In this document: positions 27,926 through 38,727 of the stretch, in pieces | How positions within the stretch are numbered: the first letter of the stretch is position 1 | Layout of the letters: every line of letters starts with the position of its first letter | Source: Azolla caroliniana | Lineage: Eukaryota > Plantae > Polypodiophyta | NCBI GenBank assembly: GCA_043228905.1 | Contig: JBHGNT010000004.1 | Location: 2,170,001 to 2,234,000 of the forward strand | Direction: 5' to 3' | Length of the DNA: 64,000 bases | The notes under the pieces: generated by a model | What the model was told of the DNA's origin: nothing | Seen by the model: the letters and a program-made list of their open reading frames with translations, nothing else | Databases searched by the model: none | Translations under genes and position numbers: made by a program

Positions 27926-29596
27926 TTACATCGTGACGTAATCAGTCTCTCTCAATCGCCGTCGACAACATCGAATGCAGCAACACAGGAAGACAATGGC
28001 GACGAGGAAGAAGACAATGACCACAACAGCTACGATCACTCTCGACACACCGCTAAGTGTACCTTTGCTCGATAATTGTGATGGTGGGGATGGCAGGCTT
28101 AGTGGACTCGGCACTGGCGCATAAAGGAAATTGTTGTCATTGTCCGAACAACGTTGTATTCCGGCGAGAAGCTTCAAATGTTGTTTGACAAGTGTGTGAT
28201 TGTAACACAAACCCGGATTTTGACCCAAATTCAGTGTTTCCAACTGGGCGAGAAACGTGTCGTTGAACGGGATCTCGCCCGTCAATGCATTAGAGCTCAG
28301 GTCGAGTGACGTCAAATTGGCCAAGGATGTGAGGTTGACCGGGATTGAACCGTTGAGCTTATTGTTGCTGAGATTGATAGTGGAGATGTTATGTAGTCCC
28401 GAGAATGATTCCGGGATACGTCCTGAAAGCTTGTTTCCGGCGAGGTTGAGGAAACTCAAGTGGGCAAGGCCGGAGAGAGAATCTGGGATGGTGCCCGAGA
28501 AGTTGTTGTTGGAAAGGTCGAGGTGACGGAGTTCCAAGAGCCCCCCAATCTCCGGTGGAATGCTGCCTCTAATTCTTCCACTTCCTGAGATATCTAGATA
28601 CTGAAGACCCGAGAGGAGCTGTATGTCAGAATGTAGGGTCCCATTGAGCTCGTTCCCGTGCGCATCGAAATGCCGGAGCGAAGTATACCTGTAGAGCTCG
28701 GGCGGGATCGGGCCCTTGATCCTGTTTAGGGATACATCGATGTAGTCGATGCTTTGTGGCCATGTCCTTTTGGGCAATGGCCCGCCGATGTTAGTGGATG
28801 TGATGATGAGGGTGAGGACATTGGGCAACTTTTGCGTGATCGGGAAGAGCCCGGCGCCGTCGCTATCGTCGAGCTCGACATCCGAAATAGAGACTGTGGT
28901 GAGCTCGGTGAAATTACCGACCCAATCGGCCGGTACCTTCTTGGCATTCAGGCGTTGGCTCGTGCGGCCCAGGCTCGCCGATATGACAAGCATTGCGACA
29001 TGTTGGGTGAACTGCAATGGGGCGAAGTCGGGGAGCATGGGGCAATTCTGGAAGGAAAGAGAGTCCAGGATCGTGAAGTTGAGGAGGGCGGCACCGGAGA
29101 GGAGCACATTGGGGGGGCAATCCTCGAGGCTGAGGGCCACGATGCGGTGCGGGGGGCTGCCTCCGCCATCGCACACGATGGTCCCGCCGGGAGTGGCACA
29201 TGGGTTGGATCGGGTGAAGTTGACTTGGAGTGTTACGAGGGCCGCTTCCTCGCTAGGGTCGAGAATTGGGATTGGGTTGGTGTGTGTTGAAGGGGGTGGG
29301 GCTGCTGGCAAGAGAGCGGGGGGAGGTGCTAATAGAGAAGGTGGGGTTAAAGGAGGGGCGGCTGGCGAGAGAGTGGGGGGAGGCACCAATAGAGAAGGCG
29401 GGTTTAAAGGAGGGGTCGCTGGCGAGAGACGGGGCGGAGGCACCAATAGAGAAGGCGGGGTTAAAGGAGGGGCGGCGAGAGGTGCCCGAGCCGGTGATAT
29501 CGCCACCACCACCACAATATTCATCATGAGTACCAATGCTAAGGCAAACACTTCATGCATAGTTCTATTGTTTGGCCACCTAGGGTTATGATCCAT
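27926..29596 (-). CDS. LRR receptor-like protein, RLP51(SNC2)/RLP55-like, 556 aa, intronless
   Basis: Signal peptide, Pro-rich stalk, PILDP...NPC...VCD cap, plant LRRs (LDLSNNNFSGTIP, LNLAGNKLSGRIP), PFNDTF...NPGLCYNH...GIQRC as recalled for RLP51/55, one TM helix, short tail, no kinase domain. Confidence 0.9.
   Translation of the reverse strand: MDHNPRWPNNRTMHEVFALALVLMMNIVVVVAISPARAPLAAPPLTPPSLLVPPPRLSPATPPLNPPSLLVPPPTLSPAAPPLTPPSLLAPPPALLPAAPPPSTHTNPIPILDPSEEAALVTLQVNFTRSNPCATPGGTIVCDGGGSPPHRIVALSLEDCPPNVLLSGAALLNFTILDSLSFQNCPMLPDFAPLQFTQHVAMLVISASLGRTSQRLNAKKVPADWVGNFTELTTVSISDVELDDSDGAGLFPITQKLPNVLTLIITSTNIGGPLPKRTWPQSIDYIDVSLNRIKGPIPPELYRYTSLRHFDAHGNELNGTLHSDIQLLSGLQYLDISGSGRIRGSIPPEIGGLLELRHLDLSNNNFSGTIPDSLSGLAHLSFLNLAGNKLSGRIPESFSGLHNISTINLSNNKLNGSIPVNLTSLANLTSLDLSSNALTGEIPFNDTFLAQLETLNLGQNPGLCYNHTLVKQHLKLLAGIQRCSDNDNNFLYAPVPSPLSLPSPPSQLSSKGTLSGVSRVIVAVVVIVFFLVAIVFLCCCIRCCRRRLRETDYVTM
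29304..29477 (-). repeat. Three copies of a 57-bp coding minisatellite in the RLP
   Basis: GCTGGC recurs at 29304, 29361 and 29418. The unit encodes the 19-aa repeat AAPPLTPPSLLVPPPxLSP. Confidence 0.9.
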
Positions 29597-31689
29597 GGGA
29601 GGCTTTTGGGGGTTACTTCCTTTTCCTTCTTAAGGGTGCACTAAAATCTCTTTATCCTTCAACCCCAAATGCTTGTTTTGGAGCTTAAATTCATTAGTGT
29701 TTTTCAACGTGTTTATGAATTTCCATTGTATATAATATTTGTTTTAGAGCCTGAATTCATTTGTATTTTTTCAACATGTTTATGAATTTCCATTGTATAA
29801 TGTGTGTGTGTGCGCGCGTGTGGGTGGAGAGAGAGAGATGCTTACAAGCATATCCTACCATTCAAAGTCTAATGTTTTTGTTCCCTTCACTTTCTCCCCA
29901 CTAAGAGTAGTGATCTCCCAACTTCACTTAATTGATGATATATTAATATGCCATGAGTTGGTTGTCATCACATTAATGAACTGGCCATCACAACTCATCT
30001 CTGTTGTTCTTGCATGTCACTCTGCCCCGCACGACTTTGTAGAAGAGTACATGACATGAACCATCACCCGATATCGTTACACATGATCGACAATATTCCT
30101 TCATCAAGTTCTTATTTACATAGACCCTTGCTTACCCTATGGCATTCCGCATTGCACAATTGGCAAATATTTCTCTGAAGTATAATGTAATTTGAATATT
30201 TTGGTTCCTAGGACATCAATTTCATTCAAGACACTAAGCTAGCACACTTCATCTTCGACTAGTTTATGCATTTCATTTGTATATACTACCCACATTGTGT
30301 TTATATCATTTGAAGAGAGAAAACTACCACCATTGCCACTATTATCATTGTCTCCATATGTTACTTTTGGTCTACATTTATCTCCAAGAATTTTTTTATA
30401 TTGCCTAGAATGTCCCATTTTTGCTCACCCCTTGGGTTCCATCACGTCTAATGTTGCATTTTAAATTGGAGAATGTTTTCTTCAACCCAATTCACCATGA
30501 GAAGGGCAAGGTTTAAATTGATTAAATGCTAGTCTATTCACCTCCTTTGAAAATTATAGAACACATATTCAAGGAAAGAATCACCTGATTATATTATTCT
30601 ATATTTGACCTTTTTGAATCAATTGTAAATTAGATGTCTCAAATCTCACCACAACAAAACACGATCTCACAATTCTATATTTTGTATCCACCGGCTTTGA
30701 TAATTGTTACTAATAAAATAGTAAAATACAAAGGTGTGGCCCATGGGTCTATCCTTTCACATACTAATATGTCCACATGAGATCCCTTTGGTTTTTTAAT
30801 ATATAACAATGTTGTGATTTAGCCCCCAAGTCATGGTAACCCGAATATGAGTAGGGTGTGAAATGACAATTTTTTGAACTAAACTTGTTGGAAATATTTA
30901 AGTGAGCAAGATGCTTAAGTATAAAATAGATTGCATCTTTCTTCAAAAAATATAATCCATAGTCCTCATTGATAAAAGAATGACAATGTGTTTAAAATCT
31001 AGAACTTCGATCTTAATTCATTCCTATTAGTTTAGAGATAAACATTAGGTGTGATACATAATCTAAATTGAATTCAACAACATTAATGTCACTTGAAAAG
31101 ATATCTCCCCATGAATATTAGCACATTATAATATGGATCTATTCATGCAAAATAATTTCGTCATGTCCTTTGGTATTTTTAGACTTGCCTAAACAAGTAA
31201 CAAAACCCAAATATCCCATGGTTTGAAGCATACGCTCATTGCATCTTCATTGGCATAGCATCCCCTTAACATTTGTGGCATATCCATTGTTGAGAATCAA
31301 ACTTAACTTCCCAAATGTGGGAACCCACTTTAGCATACACAAGTGTATGAACATTCCACCTCCTTTGTACCATAACTAATGTGTCATAGAAGTTAAGTCA
31401 TATGACACATATTTAGTAGGTAGTTAAGTCTCCACCTCTTTTGTAAGAGATGGTTGTAGTGAGAGAATATAGTGAGAAGGTGACTACATAAACACCTTCT
31501 CCTTGTCACTGTTGGTTCGTTCTTGTTCTTGTTAATACAGTTTTCTGTTTTTCTGTATAACTTAGTGTTCTCTCTCTCTACCTCTTAATATTGTTAACAC
31601 TACAAGCACTACATCTTGGGTTCGAAACCCAAATTTCTCACTTCTCTCTATTATATACTTCATATATCTCTTGATTCACTAGATACCAC

Positions 31690-31763
31690 TGTGGAATGTA
31701 AGGGTTGAACCCATGACCACCTGGTCTCCATTGGGCAACCTTACCAACTGAGCTACATCCATC
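31690..31763 (-). other. tRNA-like (Pol III A/B-box) sequence, probably SINE- or LTR-derived, not a functional tRNA
   Basis: Minus strand reads GATGGATG-TAGCTCAGTTGG-TAAGG...GGTCATG-GGTTCAACCC-TTACATTCCACA. No credible anticodon stem. Confidence 0.6.
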
Positions 31764-31790
31764 TGGGCTCTCTCTCTCTCTCTCTCTCTC

Positions 31791-32347
31791 TGACTTGTGT
31801 ACGATCCCGAAAGGAAGTCTTTACTCGCGCAGGAAGCTCGTGAGCTCCCGACCAGAGGCTCCTCGATCTGTCTTGTTAATACAATTATCTGTTTTTCTAT
31901 ATAACTTAGTGTCATCTAGGCTCTCTCTCTCTGACTTGTGTACGATCCCGAAAGGAAGTCTCTACTCACGCAGGAAGCCTGTGAGCTCTCAACTAGAGGC
32001 TCCTCGATCTGTCTTGTTAATACAATTATCCGTTTTTCTGTATAACTTAGTGTTCTCTCTCTCTCTCTCTCTCTCTCGATCGCTCGATCGCTCTCTGACT
32101 TGTGTACGATCCCGAAAGGAAGTCTCTACTTGTGCAGGAAGCCCTTGAGCTCCCGACCAGAGGCTCCTCGATCTGTCTCTGTGCGTGTGTGGGTGGGGGT
32201 GTGTTTCGTAGAGCGTACGACTCTACTAGTGGACGAGCCCGGTTGTATTCTGCTTACCTTAATCTATTTGTTTCGATTGTTCGAGTTGGTCTCTTCCCGT
32301 TTCGGGTTTTCATCTCTACTTCTGTTTCTTCGTAATTGGTTTCACGC
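31791..32347 (+). repeat. Three tandem 141-164-bp units derived from a Gypsy LTR segment, the third running into a partial LTR
   Basis: TGACTTGTGTACGATCCCGAAAGGAAG starts at 31791, 31932 and 32096. The core GGAAGTCTTTACTCGCGCAGGAAGCTCGTGAGCTCCCGACCAGAGGCTCC matches the reverse complement of LTR sequence at ~40247-40297. Confidence 0.8.
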
Positions 32348-32991
32348 TGTCGCGTTACTACGCGCGTGCGTGGAGAAACGAGGTGGGACCACTGGGGTCT
32401 TGAACCGAAGAGCAGGTGATAGAAGGGGGAAGAGAAAGAGAGAGACGCTCGGTTACGTATGAGCAAAGAAACTCAGGGACACGGCCCTGTCAACGCAGAA
32501 GACACGAATGGACACAGAGACAGAGAGACACGAATGTTTGTATATTAATGAATGACAAATAAACAACAGAGCACGCGAGCGGTTACAACCGAACAGGCCA
32601 ACGAACAGATGCCGATGCCTGCTCATCTGCGCACGAAAAGGGGATAGGATGGAGGTGCTGCCGGAAGCACACGGGCGTTCCTCGAAGCAGCGCGAGCCTC
32701 CCGAAAACCTGCAGAGAAGAGCGATGGAGAACGAACAGAGGAGAAGCGTTCGGTTTCGGTCCGACAACACTTCCTCCTCCTCAATGCCCGATCTTGGTCT
32801 CCCCGCGTCTCCCTCTCTTTTATAGCTTCAAGAAGGGAGCCGTTTCCCTCATTTACTTCCTACCTACCGAATCTAACTACCTAGGATATACCTTTGTACC
32901 TAATTCCCTATTATATACATTAAAGGGCGCGCACGCGTGAAGAGCCGGTTCACGCGCGCTATGCACCGATTGCGCTAAGGGACGGTTTTCT

Positions 32992-35900
32992 TCACGACAT
33001 CCGCCCCCACCTAACCGCGCATCCACCGGTATGCGCCAAAATTGGGTTCTGGTTGGAGAAAACCGGTCCGGATTCCAGTTCCTCGTCCATCGGTTCCTCC
33101 TCTGTTTCGGACCGTTCATCGTCGCTGTCCAGGCCTCTTAGATCCGGTTCGCCGTCGTGGCGCTTCTTGAACGCTTTGATCCGCTTCCCCGCTACCGGTA
33201 TCGCCATCCTCGTACTGTCGAGTTCCGCAAGGTGATACGTCCCGTTGCCGTTGGCGCTCGTTACCACGTAAGGCCCGAACCACCGCTTTGCAAACTTCCG
33301 TGTTGCCCAGTGCTGGTTTTCGAGGCTGCTGTCGTAGACTAGCACCTAGTCGCCTTCCTCGATTTTCTTTGGTCGAAGCCGGTGCGTCCGGTCGAACCGG
33401 GCTTTGTTCCTCATCCTCGCCGTTCGAAGTCTCTCCGCTGCTCGTTCCACGTCCTCTGGCCTCCGCTCGAGCTGCCGTATACGCGCCGCAAGCAGTTCTT
33501 CCCGGCTCATCTCGTCTCTCCAATCCACTGTCGCCCAAGAGGAGATCGTCCGTTCCATCGGCATGATCGGCTTCTGTCCGAACATGAGCTCCGACGGCAT
33601 GAACCCGGTTACCGAACTGTGCGTTGTCCGGTCCGCCCACAAGGCATAAGGTAACAGTCGTGGCCAGTTCCCGACATGGCCTCCGCACGCCCGGACTAGC
33701 GCTTTGACGATCGGTCCGTGTCCGCGCTCCACCTTCCCGTTCGCCTCCGGATTGTACGCTGTGGTGAGCGAGAGCTTGACCCCTAACTGGTCGAACAGCT
33801 CCTCGGCCTCTTCGGCGTCCAACTCCCCGCGGTCAGCTACGATCTTCCCGACGCACCCGTACCGGCATATCACGTCCTCGATCAGGAACCGACACACGGC
33901 CGCGGTCGTTTTGTTCTGCAGTGCTCGGCCTTCCACCTGGTTCGTTAGGTGCTCCTGGGCCAACACCAGATATCGCATCTGCCCTACGTCCATCGGCATC
34001 GTCACCAAATCTACCATCCATTTGAAGTGGATGGCCGGAGGGTATGTACTAGGGTGAAGCTCGTCCCGATGTCGGACTATGGAGTGTATCTGACAGCTCT
34101 CACAAGTTGTCACGAACCGATGCACGTCCCGGTACAGTCCCGGCCACCAGTACTTCCCCTTTAGTTTCTCGAACGTGGTCCACGTCCCACGGTGTCCAGC
34201 CCAGGGGCTGTCGTGGTAGGCCTTCAACAACTCCTCCTGTTCCTCCTTCATCGCCACTACTCGGAGCGGGATTCCGTTTCTCTTCTTCGGGTGCTTCCAC
34301 AAGTATCCGTCCCGGAGAAAGAATCGGTACGCTTTCTTCCGGATCCGGTTGGCTTCGTCCTTTGTCCATGACGCGTCCGGCGTCATCGTCCTTAAGAATC
34401 CCCCAATCTGCAGCCACTCCCCGTCGTACTTGCTCTCGTTGAAATCGTTAAGCGCCGGAGTGCTCCCCCCTTCGGTTGTTACGTACGCCACCTCGAAGAA
34501 GTCCACGCCGACTTCCTCGTCCTCCGAAACCATGCTGCCCTCGTCGTCGAATTGCGCCCTCGAAAGCATGTCGGCCATGGTATTGTCTTTCCTAGAAATG
34601 TGTGGTATTTCCGGATCCAGGGACTTGATGTACGCTATCCACCTGAGCATTGCCAGGTCCGGGGTTGCGCATCCGGAGACCATGCCGAGAATCGGTAGGC
34701 AATCCGTCTCGATAATCACCTCTGTCCCGATCAGATAGTCTTTATCGGCCTTCACCGCCGAAACAATACCCTAGAGTTCGCGTTTAACCTGGGCGTATCC
34801 TCGCTGTTGCTCGCTGAGGACTTTCGCGCCGAACCGGATTGGGAACCGAATGCCGTCCTCATCTTCTTGGTTGACGACCCATCCGATCCCGGTCGGACTT
34901 GTATCTACCGTTATGTAGATGGGAGTGCCTTTCTCGTAGACAGCCTTCCGGAGTGCCGGAGCTGCAGCAAGAGCCTCCTTCATCTTTCAGACCGACTCCG
35001 TATGCTCGTCTCGCCAGTCGAATTTTCGCCCCTTTTTCAGCAACCCGTATAGCGGCTCGGCAACGTGGGCGTAATGCGGGATCCATATGTGGTAGAATGC
35101 GCATGCTCCCAAGAACCTCCGTACCTCCGTGACCGAGTTACAGTCGGGCTTCATTGCGGAGATGGCTTCTACCTTAGCCGGAGACGGTTTCTGGCCATAC
35201 AGTTCGCATAGATGTCTGACGACCATGATCTCTGATTGCCCAAAGGCCGATTTCTCCCTGGAGAAGGTGAGCCTCGCGTCCTCTAGCCTCTGTAGCATTC
35301 TCTCGCAGTCGTCAATGTGTGTCGCCACGAATTTCCGGCATCTGTCCGGTCCGATCGTTTCGTCCTTTTCCCCGGCCGGACATCCCTTGATCGGGATGTC
35401 GTCCAAGAACGGCATGGTGATGTCCGGGATACAATCCCTCAGCACCTTGTTCATCGCATTCACCATGTGGGCCACCGAGTTCATCCCTCCTTGTGGCACG
35501 GTACACATCCGTACTAGGCCGAGAGGAGTCCGCATCGTCGTAATGTCTCTGCTCTCTACGGCTAGTTGGAACTGATCATACCCCGAGTACAGATCACCGA
35601 CCGAGTAGATCGACCTTCCGGTGAAGGCCTCCGCGAACTCGTCTATCGTTGGTCCGATTCCTGCGTTCCGAATGGTCACTCTGTTGACCGGTTGCAGGTC
35701 TTGAATGAAGCGCAAAGTCCCGTTCTTCTTTGGTACGGTAAACCACCGGTTCGAGTACGGGGCACTCGACGGTTCGAGGATGCCCATATTGACTTTCTGC
35801 CTCAACAGCTCCATCAGCTCCGGGATGTGAGCTCTCGGTACCGGAATTGGTTTGAGATTCCACGGCACATGCGGTACCGTGAATATCACCATCGGCTTCA

Positions 35901-36582
35901 CGACTGTCGGGTCTATGCACCCGATCTCTTCCGGTGAGAATGCGAAGGCTTTCTCGTGCCTTCCGAGCATTCTCCGAAACCGGTCTTCTTCCGTCGGTAG
36001 TAGGAACCCGCCCCCACCGATTTTGAGCTCCTGTAGCATTCTGTCAGTGAAGGTGTGTCCTATGCAGGCCGGATCTTGTAAACTGGGGTCCGACGCGACC
36101 CCCTTGATTCGCAACTCGCTGCCCTCCGGTAAGGGTGCCGCGACCGGCCTTACCTTCCGGTCCACAGTCTTGTACTTCGTGTTAACTCGGGCCGTCCGAT
36201 CTGACTCGAGCCCCCGACTGAAGTCCGCGATGACTTCGTACATCTCTTCTGAACAAACCGGTATCATCCGGTCCTCTTTAAGGCCCTCTCCGACCACCTC
36301 TCGCAGTATTCCCAAGGTATCGTTGAAGGAGACCGCCTCCATGGCTCCGTTGATTTCCTCGCTGGGCCCGAGAACTCCGCACGCCCGAAGTCGCTCTTCC
36401 GCCCTTGTCTTTTCTCGGCCAACGACGCCGACTATCGTACACCCTCCGTTGTCGGAGAAACAAAACTTCCTACTTATGGTACAAGGTTTTTTCGGTTTCG
36501 CCTCTATTGTACATTTGTGGGGTTTTCCCAGAGTGTCCGGAGTATCGCGGCCCCACGCCTTGACAGCCCTCTCAAAAAATCC
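32992..36582 (-). pseudogene. Element A pol (RT-RNaseH-integrase), one frame with three premature stops
   Basis: ORFs 34987-37059, 34771-34983, 33346-34755 and 32992-33345 are in the same frame, separated by TGA (34987), TAG (34771) and TAG (33346). Confidence 0.9.
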
Positions 36583-38714
36583 TCTCGGTTCTCGCCACCG
36601 AGGGACTCGCGGTTTCGCTCGTGGTTCGGTCGCACTGTCAGGAACTGGACTGAATGACGCCCGTCCTGACTCTTGACCCTCGCGTAAGCCGACTCGTTGT
36701 CTAGCACCTTGGTCTCCATCCGTGCTGCCGTAATGTACGGCTCTCCCAGTATGACCGGGTGCGAGGACGTCTCCTGCACAAAGAAGTGCTGGTCTATCTT
36801 GACGTCGCCGATCTTGACTCGCACGTTTGGGCAGGCCCCGTGTAGTTCCTCGGTGGCGCGCGTCGCCGCCCGTATCTTCCACCCGTGCTTGGTGTTGACC
36901 GGCCATTTCTCCTTCTTGTAGAAGTCCATGGACATCAGGTTTATTTCCGAACCGTGGTCTACCAGTGCCACCACCGGTTCCTGAACATCTCCGATCTTCA
37001 CCGGGGTTTCTGTGGTCGCTCGGGCCCAGTGTGGCCTCGAATAGTGGCTCTCCGCCCACTCGTCTTCCAGCGCCATGTCCTCTATGTGCGTCGTCCGCAC
37101 CTCCACCGGCCTTTCCGGTTCTGTCTCCGTCAACAGCCTCTTCCTCTTCACCAAGTCTACGATGGAGTCGTGGAACTCCTTCTTGGCGATTCCGAGCACC
37201 TCCCGCAACGACAGTTCCACCTTGCTGTCGAGGATTCGTTCTTCCAGGACCTTTCGTAGGTCCGTGGTCCTTTCGATCTCCGTGCCCAACCGGTATCCGC
37301 CCTTCTTGTGGTTATCCCGGGCACTGGTCTCACCGGCCTCGTTCCTTTTCGGCCCGAATCGGGTTTCATATCTCTGAGAGGGTCCGGCCCCTCCGGTTTT
37401 ACCTACCCGTTTGTCTTCAACCAGAGCCTCGTAGTTCTGGCAAGCTGCTTCGACGAAACCCGTCCTTTCTTCGACCGGGTCACTCCACCCGGTTACCTCC
37501 TAGACCCGCTTCTCTGCGCGGTCCGCCTCGTCTTTCCTTAGTCGGGCACCGGTGAGGCCTTCCAGCATCGTCGGCCAGAACCCGGCTTTGCTCTCTTTCC
37601 GGGCCTCGCTGCCTCCGACCCGAATACCGGCTGACGCCGAGTAGTGGACGGTCTCCGCGTGCCGGGCCTCCGCCTTTTCCATCAGCCTTTTCATTCCTTC
37701 TCGCCCATCGTTTCGGTTCAGGGCCCATCGGGTATCGCTGGCGTGCACCCTACCTTCCCACAGGTACACTACCCGGCTTCTCAAAGCCTCCGCAAAGTCC
37801 CCGCAGTCTTTCCGGATGTGGCCGACCTCGTCGCACCACATGCACCTATTTCCTTCCGGAGGTCATCGGTCACGAGCCTGTTCACTGCCTTCCCTCCGAG
37901 CCTGGGCGATCTGGAGATCCTTTACCGCCCGTGTCAACTCCTCCAACGCTGTTCCCCCGGACGAGCCTCTGACCACGCCGGTCGAAGCCGAACCGATTTC
38001 GAGCCACTCCCGGGTCTCTTCCCTTCGCGCCTGCGGTATCGGTTCGAGCTTCCTTGCTGCAACAGGACCCACCCCGGTCGCCCTTGTATCAGCCCACTCC
38101 CACCGCTTGTCAAAACGGCCGCAGACTCTTTTTACTGCGGCCCAGTCGGTCGTCAGCCCGTCTTCGGTTTCCAGTAAGGAACCCACTTGCTCCCGATCCC
38201 ATTCGTCAACCGATTTGACAAATAGTAGGACACGACTTGTGTCCAGAATGGTTCGATCGAGCGCCGAAAGGCGTGCAAAGCGTTCCTCAAACTCCCGGAG
38301 GAGTACCGACACATTTCTTCCTTTGTTGGGGGACTCCACCCACTCCATGAAGCCCCGCTTCGAAAGTCGAAGCGCGTCATCCAACCCGTATTTCTCCAGG
38401 AGCCGTCCTTCGAACTCCTCCCAGGTCCGGCTCTCCGCCCGGACCTCGAGCACCTCCGCGTGGATGCCCGGCATCGTCACTCGAGGGAATCCGGCAAGAC
38501 GCCTCTCTTCCGGAATATCCCTCATCAACATCTCCGCCCGATAGGACGCCAAATAACTCGTGGCATCCTTCCCACTGAACCGGCTGATCGCCTCAATAGC
38601 CCTGTCAAGGGCGCCGGTGCCCTTGCGCGCGCTCATTATCCAGTCCACGACCGAAGCCATGGCCTCTGCAAGATCCGACCCCTTCATCTTCTGCTCCTCT
38701 GCCGCCTTGTTCAT
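36504..38714 (-). pseudogene. Element A gag-protease ORF, interrupted
   Basis: Gag (RFSGKDATSYL...), zinc knuckle CMWCDEVGHIRKDC and protease ALVDHGSEINLMS...ILGEPY. Stops at 37863 and 37500 plus a frameshift. Confidence 0.85.
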
Positions 38715-38727
38715 GTCGGGTTCACCA
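38710..38727 (-). promoter_or_regulatory. Primer-binding site complementary to the tRNA-Trp 3' end
   Basis: TGGTGAACCCGACATGAA, 17/18 to the complement of plant tRNA-Trp ...TTCACGTCGGGTTCACCA (tRNA sequence recalled). Confidence 0.8.

Noticed and set aside
28749-29591. 280-aa plus-strand ORF, and many overlapping ORFs across 33-56 kb
   Set aside because: Antisense or alternative-frame shadows of GC-rich coding or TE sequence, with no recognisable domains.
31690-31763. Functional tRNA gene (also 57080-57150)
   Set aside because: A/B boxes are present, but the acceptor and anticodon stems do not pair properly.
36150-36500. Possible extra domain between the frameshift site and RT in element A
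   Set aside because: No recognisable motif. It is most simply a variable PR-RT linker.
38712-38714. Gag start codon inside the PBS of element A
   Set aside because: The ATG arises from the single G>A mismatch to tRNA-Trp (element D has GTG). The downstream MKGSDLAE aligns with the D gag start.
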